DNA of 64,000 bases from Patescibacteria group bacterium. Its GTDB lineage: Bacteria; Patescibacteriota; Minisyncoccia; UBA6257; 02-FULL-45-10c. Of this stretch, positions 1 through 8,561 are shown in pieces. How positions within the stretch are numbered: the stretch's first letter is position 1; every line of letters begins with the position of its first letter. Made by a program: the position numbers and the translations under genes. The stretch lies in the NCBI GenBank assembly GCA_018969615.1, contig JAGWYA010000005.1, positions 1,286-65,285 on the forward strand. Reading direction: 5' to 3'. Under the pieces are notes generated by a model that saw nothing but the letters and a program-made list of their open reading frames with translations, was not told the DNA's origin and searched no databases.

Positions 1-1
1 T

Positions 2-217
2 CCGGCGCACAGCGGGCTCATTGATCGGGAGCCGAGCGAGATCACCGCTGACAGCGCTGTTTATTGTTTTGACGGCCAGGCCGGCGCCGGAGGACATGGT
101 CCCGAGGGGCATGTTGATATCAGATTGGATAGCGCGATCAAAATGGAAGTGGACTATGCGCCGGGGGTTTGCGATCCGGTTCCGGTGATCACGAATCCGA
201 TCGTTTACACGCGATAA
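2..217 (+). CDS. 3' end of a hypothetical protein (truncated by window edge)
   Basis: Open frame from base 2 (PAHSGLIDREPSEITADSAVYCFDG...TNPIVYTR) to TAA at 215-217; not in the ORF track because its start lies outside the window. Confidence 0.55.
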   Translation, partial: PAHSGLIDREPSEITADSAVYCFDGQAGAGGHGPEGHVDIRLDSAIKMEVDYAPGVCDPVPVITNPIVYTR

Positions 218-309
218 TACATTGCGGAATATTTTATGAAAGATCAGGTTCGATCTTAAGGAGCTGTTGCCCCTTTTTTTATTTTCCGATACTATAACTG
301 CAGCGGCAT

Positions 310-380
310 GGGCCTATAGCATAATGGTAGTGCACCCGGTTTGCATCCGGGGTGTGGGAGTTCGATTCTCCCTAGGTCCA
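310..380 (+). tRNA. tRNA-Ala(UGC), CCA not encoded
   Basis: Acceptor GGGCCTA/TAGGTCC with G3:U70, anticodon arm CCCGG-TT-TGC-AT-CCGGG, T arm GGGAG-TTCGATT-CTCCC. Confidence 0.95.
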
Positions 381-388
381 CAAATTTA

Positions 389-862
389 ATGTATTTTATG
401 GAAATTCCTTTTATAACAACGATTACTTTAGTTTGGCTTATTTATACTTTTATTTTTGTTGATGCCGATAAACAGATTTTAGATCTTTTTAATAGATTAA
501 AATTTTCTCTTTCAGTTAATGAGGGTAGGATAGATAAGACTCAACTGGACGTGAAGATGCAATTAGGAATTCTCGAAATAAGTGATTTGGGTAAAACATT
601 TAATCAGAACGATCCATATAGGAAAAATATAGAAATTTTTGAAAGGAAAGTTGGGGATGTCGATCTAGTAAAGAAAATTTTAATGATTAATTTATTCCTT
701 CTTACAATCCACCCATTTTTCCGTTTTTTTGATTGTTTTCTTAATTTAGAAACACATTTAATTATATCTTTAATAGCGGTAGCTCCTTTTTACTGGTATA
801 TTCAAGGAATACAAAAAATAAGATTTTCACAAATAATTTCAAAATCCGTGGAAAATAATTAA
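389..862 (+). CDS. AT-rich hypothetical membrane protein
   Basis: Track ORF 341..862 starts inside the tRNA, so the real start is probably ATG 389 or 398. Hydrophobic segments at the N- and C-termini; markedly AT-rich relative to flanks. Confidence 0.6.
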   Translation: MYFMEIPFITTITLVWLIYTFIFVDADKQILDLFNRLKFSLSVNEGRIDKTQLDVKMQLGILEISDLGKTFNQNDPYRKNIEIFERKVGDVDLVKKILMINLFLLTIHPFFRFFDCFLNLETHLIISLIAVAPFYWYIQGIQKIRFSQIISKSVENN

Positions 863-879
863 ATTTTATTTAAATTCAT

Positions 880-1443
880 ATGTTGCATATCAATCAAACA
901 GTTCCGGAGTTCGAAGCAGAGGCATATTATCAGGACGATATCAGCAAGATAAAATTATCATCGTACAAAGGAAAGTGGGTCGTGCTGGTGTTCTATCCGG
1001 CCGATTTTACGTTCGTGTGCCCGACCGAGTTGGAAGACCTTTCGAAGATGTATGATAAGTTCGTTCAGGAGGGCGCCGAGATCATGAGCGTCAGTACGGA
1101 TACGGCGTTTGCGCACAAGGCATGGCATGATAATTCGCCGGCGATCGGAAAGGTACAGTACCCGATGCTCGCGGACCCGACCGGGAAGCTTGCGCGCATG
1201 TTCGGGGTGTATATTGAAGAAGAAGGACTCGCCTTGCGCGGGACGTTCGTGATCGATCCTGACGGTGTTCTGAAGACGATGGAAGTGCATGACAATAATA
1301 TCGGCCGGAGCGCGGCGGAAGCGCTGCGGAAGGTCCAGGCGGCAAAGTTTGTCCGTGAGCACAAGGGGAATGTGTGCCCCGCAAGCTGGGAGCCGGGCGA
1401 TGAGACGTTGAAGCCGGGGACTGATCTGGTGGGGAAGATCTAA
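880..1443 (+). CDS. ahpC: 2-Cys peroxiredoxin (alkyl hydroperoxide reductase C)
   Basis: FYPADFTFVCPTE peroxidatic motif and C-terminal VCPASW resolving Cys. Confidence 0.95.
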   Translation: MLHINQTVPEFEAEAYYQDDISKIKLSSYKGKWVVLVFYPADFTFVCPTELEDLSKMYDKFVQEGAEIMSVSTDTAFAHKAWHDNSPAIGKVQYPMLADPTGKLARMFGVYIEEEGLALRGTFVIDPDGVLKTMEVHDNNIGRSAAEALRKVQAAKFVREHKGNVCPASWEPGDETLKPGTDLVGKI

Positions 1444-1472
1444 TAGAACAGTGCGTGAAAGATATCAGTAGA

Positions 1473-1529
1473 AACAAGAACCCCTTGTAGCAGTATGGAA
1501 TTTCAACACTGCTGCAAGGGGTTCTTGTT
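1473..1529 (-). repeat. Long hairpin, loop family 1 (loop reads GTTGAAATTCCAT on the minus strand)
   Basis: 22-bp arms AACAAGAACCCCTTGTAGCAGT / ACTGCTGCAAGGGGTTCTTGTT (one mismatch) around 13-nt loop ATGGAATTTCAAC. Confidence 0.85.
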
Positions 1530-1576
1530 CTCGCTAAATAAAAAACCGCCCCGACAAAAGTCGGAGCGGTGGTGTT

Positions 1577-1900
1577 TTATCTCTCCCTGAGAGAAGCGGA
1601 AAGCTCGAGGACCAGGAGTATATCGGGGTCTCGCGGCCACCAATCTCCTTTGAGGATATCGATCGGCCGTTTGTTCTTCAGCTGATAGCGCTCCCGCACA
1701 AACCATCCGCGGATCCCATCGCGAGTGTAGCTTCCTTGTAGATTGTGGCAGATCGCCGAAAGAAGATTCAGGCGATCAGTGGTCTGACCGGTGAGCGTAT
1801 GCGGAGAGACAACGTGTCTACGGAGATCCTGGCGCGTGATTCCCAGCAACGAAGCAAGGAGCTCTTCGCCGAGCAGGACATGTAGCATGCTGATGTTCAT
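1577..1900 (-). CDS. Xre/MbcA/ParS antitoxin-like small protein
   Basis: C-terminal GIRGWFVRERYQLKNKRPIDIL resembles the MbcA/ParS toxin-binding domain; AAGGGAG SD upstream. Confidence 0.55.
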   Translation of the reverse strand: MNISMLHVLLGEELLASLLGITRQDLRRHVVSPHTLTGQTTDRLNLLSAICHNLQGSYTRDGIRGWFVRERYQLKNKRPIDILKGDWWPRDPDILLVLELSASLRER

Positions 1901-1975
1901 GGCATATCTCCCTTGTAAATAACTGCTTTAAAAATATCCGACCGGCGTGCTTTTGTAAAGTAAAAAACAATATTC

Positions 1976-2004
1976 TTGACAAAAAAAGGTTTGCGTATTA
2001 TATT
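1976..2004 (+). promoter_or_regulatory. sigma70-type promoter
   Basis: TTGACA (1976-1981), 17 nt, TATATT (1999-2004). Confidence 0.65.
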
Positions 2005-2061
2005 ATCCAAATCCTAAAAAGATGTTCTTTACAGACTAAGGGTTCAAAAAGGAGGCAGCCC

Positions 2062-2271
2062 ATGTCGCGCGCAAGCGCAAAGGAGCGAAGTAAAGTTCGC
2101 ACCACCGGACGCGTCACGACACGCAGAACCATCGAGGGATTCGGAAGCTGGAAGCATAAGTTCTATCTTCCCCGTGATTGTCCCGCACTTATCCCGCTGA
2201 GTCGGCGATTCATCGGGAATAAGAACAGCGGGCATACGATCGAAGGAGCCGCTCTTTCATGGGTGCCTTAA
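2062..2271 (+). CDS. Small basic hypothetical protein (69 aa)
   Basis: AGGAGG SD 6 nt before the ATG, downstream of a consensus promoter. Confidence 0.55.
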   Translation: MSRASAKERSKVRTTGRVTTRRTIEGFGSWKHKFYLPRDCPALIPLSRRFIGNKNSGHTIEGAALSWVP

Positions 2272-2331
2272 CATCTGGGCAAGCACAATCCCAGACAGGC
2301 CGTAAAAATACTACTGCGCAAGGAGGTGGGC

Positions 2332-2499
2332 ATGACGGGACCCGACGAACAGGAAGTGAACGGCAGGAAGCACGGAAGCAAGGCGATGTCGGGGCGGGTC
2401 GATCCGCTGAATCCCTTTCCGAGTCCGAGAGAGGACATGAGCGACGAGGAGTACCTGGAGGAGATGAAGGACCAGGGCGCTCATTTCCTTTTCATCTGA
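2332..2499 (+). CDS. Small acidic hypothetical protein (55 aa), absent from the ORF track
   Basis: AGGAGGT SD, then MTGPDEQEVNGRKHGSKAMSGRVDPLNPFPSPREDMSDEEYLEEMKDQGAHFLFI*, followed directly by a terminator. Confidence 0.6.
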   Translation: MTGPDEQEVNGRKHGSKAMSGRVDPLNPFPSPREDMSDEEYLEEMKDQGAHFLFI

Positions 2500-2504
2500 A
2501 AACA

Positions 2505-2541
2505 ACACCCGGGCGGGTTTAACCGCCCGGGTGTATTTTTT
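2505..2541 (+). terminator. Intrinsic terminator
   Basis: ACACCCGGGCGG/CCGCCCGGGTGT stem followed by a T-run. Confidence 0.8.
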
Positions 2542-2570
2542 ACCCGAACTATACTACGATAGAAATGCCT

Positions 2571-2642
2571 GTCCTCGTAGCTTAATGGATAAAGTATCTG
2601 GCTTCGAACCAGATGATGGGGGTTCGATTCCCTCCGAGGACA
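2571..2642 (+). tRNA. tRNA-Arg(UCG), CCA not encoded
   Basis: Acceptor GTCCTCG/CGAGGAC, anticodon arm TCTGG-CT-TCG-AA-CCAGA, T arm GGGGG-TTCGATT-CCCTC. Confidence 0.95.
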
Positions 2643-2908
2643 CAAGCACAGGAGATATCACTATGCCATGGTATAGTGATATCTCCATATGTTCTCTGAG
2701 GAATCGAACCAGCCGCACCCCGTATCAGGAAGGAATGGGAAACCGAAGGTGTCCCAGACGGGGGTCGGGGTGCGGCGGAGGTTCGAGTGAGCGAGCGGGC
2801 CGTCTGGCCGCGAGTGAAACTGACATTCCCCGAGGACACAAGCAATATATATCTCACTATGCTTTGGCATAGTGAAATATATACGTGTTCATTGAAGGGA
2901 ATCGAACC
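2643..2908. repeat. tRNA-Arg-associated element with direct and inverted copies of the tRNA 3' end
   Basis: CCGAGGACACAAGCA at 2634-2648 and 2830-2844; each copy is followed by a CACTATGC-containing hairpin and an inverted T-arm copy (GGAATCGAACC). Confidence 0.75.
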
Positions 2909-2911
2909 ATC

Positions 2912-3052
2912 ATAAAATATGAGGTCTTACAGAACAGCGCCGGGTTCTTATGCTGTTCCGTAAGACCACCTATTTTATTTTTTACTGACGAGCCGGGAAA
3001 GGGCATAAACGTTTTCCGCCGTAAGACCCCGGTGGCGGAAAATGTTTATGCC
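2912..3052. repeat. Paired long hairpins, loop family 2 (copy 1)
   Basis: Loop GCCGGGTTCTTAT (2939-2951) in a 16+8 bp stem; loop GTAAGACCCCGGT (3021-3033) in a 19-bp stem. Confidence 0.85.
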
Positions 3053-3121
3053 TTGATAGCGGCGAGTGGCGCTGTTCCCAGAGGACATCGCTGTATTATT
3101 CGGTATACTAAAAGAGAAGTT

Positions 3122-4591
3122 ATGGAAAAAATTGAAGAAAAAAAAGAGGTTCGAACTATCGCCGCGGTATTGGAACATGCGGGCTTTGAGGCGTATTTGG
3201 TCGGCGGCTGTGTCCGCGATCTTTTGCTCGGCCATACGCCGAAGGATTGGGATATCGCAACGAACGCAACGCCGGACCAGGTCCAGCAGTTGTTTCCTGA
3301 CAGCGTCTATGAGAATGCGTTCGGCACCGTCGGCGTGAAGACCGATTCTGAAGATCAGACACTGAAGATCGTGGAGGTTACGACCTATCGCATCGAAGGG
3401 AAGTATTCCGATATGCGCCATCCGGACGAGGTTCGCTTTGCGTCCACGATCGCCGAAGATCTTTCCCGCCGCGATCTTACGGTGAACGCGATGGCGATGG
3501 ATCTCCGGGCCGGCGCGGCTCATGAGATCATCGATCCGTTCCAGGGGCGGCAAGACCTTCGCGCGCGCGTGATCCGCGCGGTCGGCGATCCCGAGGCGCG
3601 GTTTCAGGAAGATGCGTTGCGTATTTTACGCGCGGTGCGGTTCGGGGCGCAGCTGGGATTTACGCTGGACCATGCGACCGAGGCGGCGATGAAAAAACAT
3701 GCGGGATTACTTGAAGCGATCTCGAAAGAGCGCATCCGGGATGAGTTCATGAAGATGATCATGACGGATCACGCGCATGAGGCGATCCGCTTGATGGAAA
3801 AGGATGGAATATTGAAATATGTGCTGCCGGAATTGGAAGAGGGTGTGGATGTCGGACAGAATAAGCATCATATCTACAGCGTGTTCGAGCATAATGTGCG
3901 GGCGCTTCAGTATGCGGTCGAACAGCATTTTGATCTGGATGTGCGCATTGCGTCGCTGTTGCATGATGTCGGAAAACCGCGGAGCAAGCGGGGGGAAGGA
4001 CCGGATTGTACGTTCTACGGTCATCAGGTCGTCGGTGAGCGGATGGCGCTTCAGATCCTTGACCGTTTGCGGTTTCCTAAGGACATGACGGAGCGGATCG
4101 CGCTTCTCATTCGCGAGCATATGTTCGTCTATGATCCCGATACGGTGACCGATGCCGGCGCGCGCCGCCTGGTGCGCCGCGTCGGAAAGGAGAATTTGGA
4201 AGCGCTTTTCCAGGTTCGTGAAGGCGACCGGATCGGTTCCGGTGTTCCCAAAGCGCAGCCGTACCGGTTGCGTCATTTGAAGTTTCGTATTGAAAAAGTG
4301 AGCAAGGATCCGGTGAGCGCAAAGATGTTGAAAGTGAACGGCGCGGACGTGATCACGGGGGCGGACATGGCTCCGGGACCGAAGGTTGGTTTTATTCTCG
4401 CGATCCTTTTAGAGGAGGTGCTTGATGACCCGTCGCTGAACACGAAGGAGATACTTATGGATAAAGTGCGCCAGCTGGCTCAGCTGGATGAGGTGAAGTT
4501 ACGGGAGATGGCGAAGTTCGCCAAGCGTTCCGCTGACGACGCGCAGACCCGCATCGAAGAGGAAATGAAAAAGAAATATTTCGTCCAGTAG
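3122..4591 (+). CDS. cca: tRNA nucleotidyltransferase (CCA-adding enzyme) with HD domain
   Basis: Class II NTase motifs GGCVRD..DWDIAT, RRDLTVNAM, FQEDALRILR; HD motif LLHDVGK. Start moved to ATG 3122 (MEKIEE) because the upstream extension runs through non-coding hairpins. Confidence 0.9.
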   Translation: MEKIEEKKEVRTIAAVLEHAGFEAYLVGGCVRDLLLGHTPKDWDIATNATPDQVQQLFPDSVYENAFGTVGVKTDSEDQTLKIVEVTTYRIEGKYSDMRHPDEVRFASTIAEDLSRRDLTVNAMAMDLRAGAAHEIIDPFQGRQDLRARVIRAVGDPEARFQEDALRILRAVRFGAQLGFTLDHATEAAMKKHAGLLEAISKERIRDEFMKMIMTDHAHEAIRLMEKDGILKYVLPELEEGVDVGQNKHHIYSVFEHNVRALQYAVEQHFDLDVRIASLLHDVGKPRSKRGEGPDCTFYGHQVVGERMALQILDRLRFPKDMTERIALLIREHMFVYDPDTVTDAGARRLVRRVGKENLEALFQVREGDRIGSGVPKAQPYRLRHLKFRIEKVSKDPVSAKMLKVNGADVITGADMAPGPKVGFILAILLEEVLDDPSLNTKEILMDKVRQLAQLDEVKLREMAKFAKRSADDAQTRIEEEMKKKYFVQ

Positions 4592-4600
4592 CGCCGCTTT

Positions 4601-5365
4601 TTAGACGACGTCCAGCTTTTTCTGATAGGTATCGGAAATGTTCAGCGCGGCAAAGATGATCTCCAGGATGATCAGCGCCTGGCCGATCATGCTGAATCCG
4701 GCGTTCGGAAAGTAGAGCGACAGGAAAAGAGATCCGTAGCTGACGGTCCAGAAGAAGAATTGGAGCCGGCCGATCACTGAGGCCTGCAGATTATCGAGCG
4801 AGAACTGGTCCATAAGTTCCTGCCCTCTTTCTTCCGACTCGGAGAGCATCTCGAGATAACGGATCAGGAAATCTTTGATGGATGCATAGATAAAAAGCAG
4901 TTCAAGTGACCAGACAATAATGATGATCTCGCCGCTGAGCAGGTGATATGCGAAGATCAGATAGGACGCCCACATCATCAGCAGCGCGTCGCGGATATGG
5001 TCCATCCAGGTTCCGAGGACGGTGACGTCATCGTTGTTCCGTGCGGCGGGACCGTCGATAGCATCGGAGACCGCGATCGCGGCAAGAAGTGCGAATTGCC
5101 AGGAGAACGGATAGCCGGCGAAATACATCCAGATCGCAAAGGCGATCAGAAAGAATCCGGCGCCGGTGATATGGTTCGCGCGGATCTTAAGCTTCCACAG
5201 AACGGTCGTCAGCGGCCATAACGCCCAGTCGCGCCAGTTCTTTTCAAGCGCGGTCAGCATGTCATCTTTTCTCCGGATGACGATCTTTTTGATCTTCTGC
5301 CTGCCCTCCCGCCCTTTTTCCTTGATCGTTAGGATCGGGTGGATCCCTTTATGTTCCGGTTCCAT
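4601..5365 (-). CDS. CDP-alcohol phosphatidyltransferase family protein
   Basis: SDAIDGPAAR...LGTWMDHIRD motif and ANHIT; start moved to 5365 (MEPEHK) because the track ORF overlaps tRNA-Pro. Confidence 0.85.
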   Translation of the reverse strand: MEPEHKGIHPILTIKEKGREGRQKIKKIVIRRKDDMLTALEKNWRDWALWPLTTVLWKLKIRANHITGAGFFLIAFAIWMYFAGYPFSWQFALLAAIAVSDAIDGPAARNNDDVTVLGTWMDHIRDALLMMWASYLIFAYHLLSGEIIIIVWSLELLFIYASIKDFLIRYLEMLSESEERGQELMDQFSLDNLQASVIGRLQFFFWTVSYGSLFLSLYFPNAGFSMIGQALIILEIIFAALNISDTYQKKLDVV

Positions 5366-5448
5366 AATATTCAGTATAACGCATTGCGGTCTTTGAGGGG
5401 GTCTGACCCTTTGCAAAAAGATCGCAGACAGCATAGAATGGGAGTCAT

Positions 5449-5522
5449 CGGACTGTAGTATACTGGCAGTATACACGCTTCGGGTGCGTGAGGACTGGGT
5501 TCGATTCCCAGCAGTCCGACCA
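5449..5522 (+). tRNA. tRNA-Pro(CGG), CCA encoded
   Basis: Acceptor CGGACTG/CAGTCCG-A-CCA, anticodon arm CACGC-TT-CGG-GT-GCGTG, T arm CTGGG-TTCGATT-CCCAG. Confidence 0.95.
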
Positions 5523-5790
5523 TAAAACAAAGAGGCTCACTCGTGAGCCTCTTTGTTTTATGTGTTTGCGCCTCGCTGGGAATTGAACTCGGGAAGGGGG
5601 TCGGGAAAACGGAAGTTTCCCCGTAGCGGAGGTAGCCTCGCAGGGCGAGGCGTTGGAACCGAATGGTTCCAAAGAGCGCGAGCGTCCTGTCAGTGAGATC
5701 CAGCGAGCGCGAGGGTTCTAGGAGCGCAGCGACGGATTCCCAGCAGTCCGACAAAAATAAAAACGCCCTATCGGGCCGTTTTTATTTTTT
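5523..5790. repeat. tRNA-Pro-associated element with a duplicated tRNA 3' end
   Basis: 18-bp direct repeat GATTCCCAGCAGTCCGAC at 5503-5520 and 5735-5752; inverted T-arm copy GCTGGGAATTGAACTC at 5575-5590; a terminator-like hairpin follows each direct copy. Confidence 0.75.
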
Positions 5791-5906
5791 TTCAAAACAT
5801 TCTCTAAGGATCCTGAGACTGGGGCATTTCGCCGTTGAGGGATCCTTAGAGGATGTTATAATTTGCCGTGAATCGAACCCGGGACCGCCGGGATCGAAAC
5901 TCCCGA

Positions 5907-7757
5907 TCACGCACCTTGCTTCGGGCTTTTGATGGTGACCTCGTAGATGTCCGGATTGATGTCCGGGTCTTGTTCGATGGCGAGCTGGATCCGGCGGTTG
6001 GTCTGATTATGGAGGAAGAAATGCCACCAGCGGGTCGATGCGGTCTGCGGGATGAAAACGATCATCGCATCATTCGTCCATTTTCGGTCGGTTTCTTTGA
6101 GATAGGCGAGGATCGGACCGATCAGGTCGCGATATTCAGAGTGAAGGACGTCGAGCGGCACGTCGGGAACGTAGCGTTCCCAGAGCCGCTGCACTTCCTC
6201 GCCCTCGTCTTTGTTGATCGCAACATGGACTGCGCGAATATGGGCCGGCTGGAACGATTTGGCGAGTTTGAGCGCATAGAGCGTGCCCCGATTGAAACGG
6301 GAGACAAGGAGAACCGCGGTTTTTTCAGGGACGACTTCGGGCAGCGGTTCATTGCCGAGCTTCAGAACGTTGTGGACACGGCCGTAGTGGTTCTTGATAT
6401 GGCGCATGCCGACGACCACAAAAAAGATGCCGGGAACCAGGAGCCAGGCTCCGTAAATGAACTTTGAGAAGAAGACGATCAGGAAAACGACCGCGGTCGC
6501 GGTGAACCCGATAATGTTGATGGCGACGTTCTTGATCGGAACCCGCTCTTCATTGAACCAGTGAATGATCATGCCGAACTGGGAGATCGAGAATCCCAGG
6601 AAGACGCCGACGGCATACAGCGGGATGATATTATGAACGTCGCCGCCAAAGATATAGAGAATGAAAGACGAGAAGAGCGCAAGGAAGAAGATGCCGTTCG
6701 CAAAGACGAGGCGAGAACCCAGATTCAGGAACTGGCGAGGGAAATATTCGTCTTTAGCGAGCTGCGAGGCGACGCGCGGAAAATCAGCGAACGGCGTGTT
6801 GGCGGCGAGCAGGAGGATGATCGCGGTGATGGCTTGGACGAGATAATAGAACGGCGATCCATTGAAAAGAAGATGGGCGATCTGCGAAAGGACCGTTTCA
6901 TTGGCGACCGGAACGATCTTTCCCCAAAAAGCGAGCGCGGTGATGCCAAGGAAGATCCCGCCGAGGATAAGCGCCATGCGCTGGAGCGTTTTGGCGGCAT
7001 TTTCCGCTTCGGGGCTTTTAAAGGCCTGGACGCCGTTCGAGATCGCTTCAATGCCGGTCATGGCGGTGCAGCCTGCGGCGAATGCATGGAAGATCAGAAG
7101 GATGCCCAGGGTTCCGATCTCGGGAACGGGGCCGGGAAGCGGCTGGACCGCGACGGGAAAAGTACCCGTGAGGTGGCGCCAGAGGCCGTAGAGGATCATG
7201 CCGCCGAAGGAGAGCATGAAGATATAGGTCGGAATGGAGAAGATCCGTCCGGATTCGCGCACGCCGCGGAGGTTCGCCCAAGTAAGGAGCAGAATGACGG
7301 CGATGCCGATCGCGATGCGGTGCGGGAAGAGTACGGGGAACGCTGAGGTGATCGCGGCGACGCCGGCGGCCGCGGAGACTGCGGTGGTCAGAACATAGTC
7401 GACCAGGAGCGATGCGGCGCCGATCAGGGCGGGATATTCTCCCAAGTTCTTTTTCGCGACATTATAGACGCCGCCTCCCTGCGGATAGGCGTGGATGACC
7501 TGGTGATAGGAAAGTGCGACGAGAAGGATGAGGCCGACGATCGTCAGCGCGATCGGGACGGAAATGAAGGACATGCTCGCTCCCGCGGTCGCAAGGACAA
7601 GCAGGATCTCTTCGGTCGCATAGGCCGTGGACGAGAGCGCATCAGCGCCGAAGATCGCAAGGCCCTGCATGTTGGTGAGGCGCTCATGCCGGATCGCGCT
7701 TGTCGCAAGCGGTTTCCCGAGCAGGCGTTCTTTCCAGTCTTTCCAGGAGGAGGCCAT
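5907..7757 (-). CDS. APC-superfamily transporter, KimA/YdaO-like (K+ or amino acid permease)
   Basis: GLAIFGADALSSTAYATEEIL, YPQGGGVY and TGIEAISNGV motifs; about 12 TM segments plus a soluble C-terminal domain. Confidence 0.85.
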   Translation of the reverse strand: MASSWKDWKERLLGKPLATSAIRHERLTNMQGLAIFGADALSSTAYATEEILLVLATAGASMSFISVPIALTIVGLILLVALSYHQVIHAYPQGGGVYNVAKKNLGEYPALIGAASLLVDYVLTTAVSAAAGVAAITSAFPVLFPHRIAIGIAVILLLTWANLRGVRESGRIFSIPTYIFMLSFGGMILYGLWRHLTGTFPVAVQPLPGPVPEIGTLGILLIFHAFAAGCTAMTGIEAISNGVQAFKSPEAENAAKTLQRMALILGGIFLGITALAFWGKIVPVANETVLSQIAHLLFNGSPFYYLVQAITAIILLLAANTPFADFPRVASQLAKDEYFPRQFLNLGSRLVFANGIFFLALFSSFILYIFGGDVHNIIPLYAVGVFLGFSISQFGMIIHWFNEERVPIKNVAINIIGFTATAVVFLIVFFSKFIYGAWLLVPGIFFVVVGMRHIKNHYGRVHNVLKLGNEPLPEVVPEKTAVLLVSRFNRGTLYALKLAKSFQPAHIRAVHVAINKDEGEEVQRLWERYVPDVPLDVLHSEYRDLIGPILAYLKETDRKWTNDAMIVFIPQTASTRWWHFFLHNQTNRRIQLAIEQDPDINPDIYEVTIKSPKQGA

Positions 7758-7840
7758 AAGTCTTTTTATTATACATGATGCCCGGAATATATCAGGAGGG
7801 AGCCCTGGCGCAAATCGGCCGACTTTGTTAGAACTAAGGC

Positions 7841-8557
7841 ATGAAACTCCATCGTTTTTTCATAGCCCCGGGCATGATCGAAGGTGGGATGATCCGCATT
7901 GATGATGCAGGAATACTGCATCAAATGAAGGACGTGCTCCGGTTCAAGCCGAATGATACGGTGGTTTTTTTGGACGGGACCGGTAAGGAGTATGAAGCGG
8001 TCATTGCCGAGCTTGCGCCGAAGTTCCTTCGTGCGGATATTACAGAGACTCGGGAGAATAAGAATGAGCCGGCGCTCCGGATCACGCTGTATCAGTCTTT
8101 GTGTAAAAAGGATAAGTTCGAATGGATCGTTGAAAAAGGGACTGAGGTCGGCGTGACCGCGTTCGTGCCGGTGCAGGCGTCGCGCTCGGAAAAATTAGGA
8201 TTGAACCGCGAGCGCGCGGAAAGGATCCTGCAGGAAGCGGCCGAGCAGTCGGAGCGGGGGATCGTGCCGTCATTGGGCGAGACTCTTTCGGTTGCAGAGG
8301 CGCTTGATGCCGCGCAGGGCGAAAAGATTCTCTTAGATGGTTCCGGTGAGTCTATTCATACATTCGACTTTCGACATTCGACTGATCGACTGAATCTTTT
8401 CGTCGGCCCCGAAGGAGGTTGGGCGCCTGAAGAGATCGCTTTGGCGCGTGAAAAAGGGGCGCGGATCGTCTCCATGGGCCCGCGCGTGCTCCGGACGGAG
8501 ACCGCGGGCATGGTCGCGGCGGCGGTTTTTTTAATGAAGGGTGAAGGGGTATACTAG
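7841..8557 (+). CDS. rsmE: 16S rRNA m3U1498 methyltransferase
   Basis: HQMKDVLR, KGTEVGV, EAAEQSER, VGPEGG and RVLRTETA motifs. Confidence 0.95.
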   Translation: MKLHRFFIAPGMIEGGMIRIDDAGILHQMKDVLRFKPNDTVVFLDGTGKEYEAVIAELAPKFLRADITETRENKNEPALRITLYQSLCKKDKFEWIVEKGTEVGVTAFVPVQASRSEKLGLNRERAERILQEAAEQSERGIVPSLGETLSVAEALDAAQGEKILLDGSGESIHTFDFRHSTDRLNLFVGPEGGWAPEEIALAREKGARIVSMGPRVLRTETAGMVAAAVFLMKGEGVY

Positions 8558-8561
8558 GGGT

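Noticed and set aside
2531-3121. ORFs 2531..2872, 2582..2857, 2661..2870 and the 79-aa N-terminal extension of cca
   Set aside because: They run through tRNA-Arg and non-coding repeat elements.
5371-5932. ORFs overlapping tRNA-Pro and its downstream element
   Set aside because: They overlap a clear tRNA and structured non-coding repeats.
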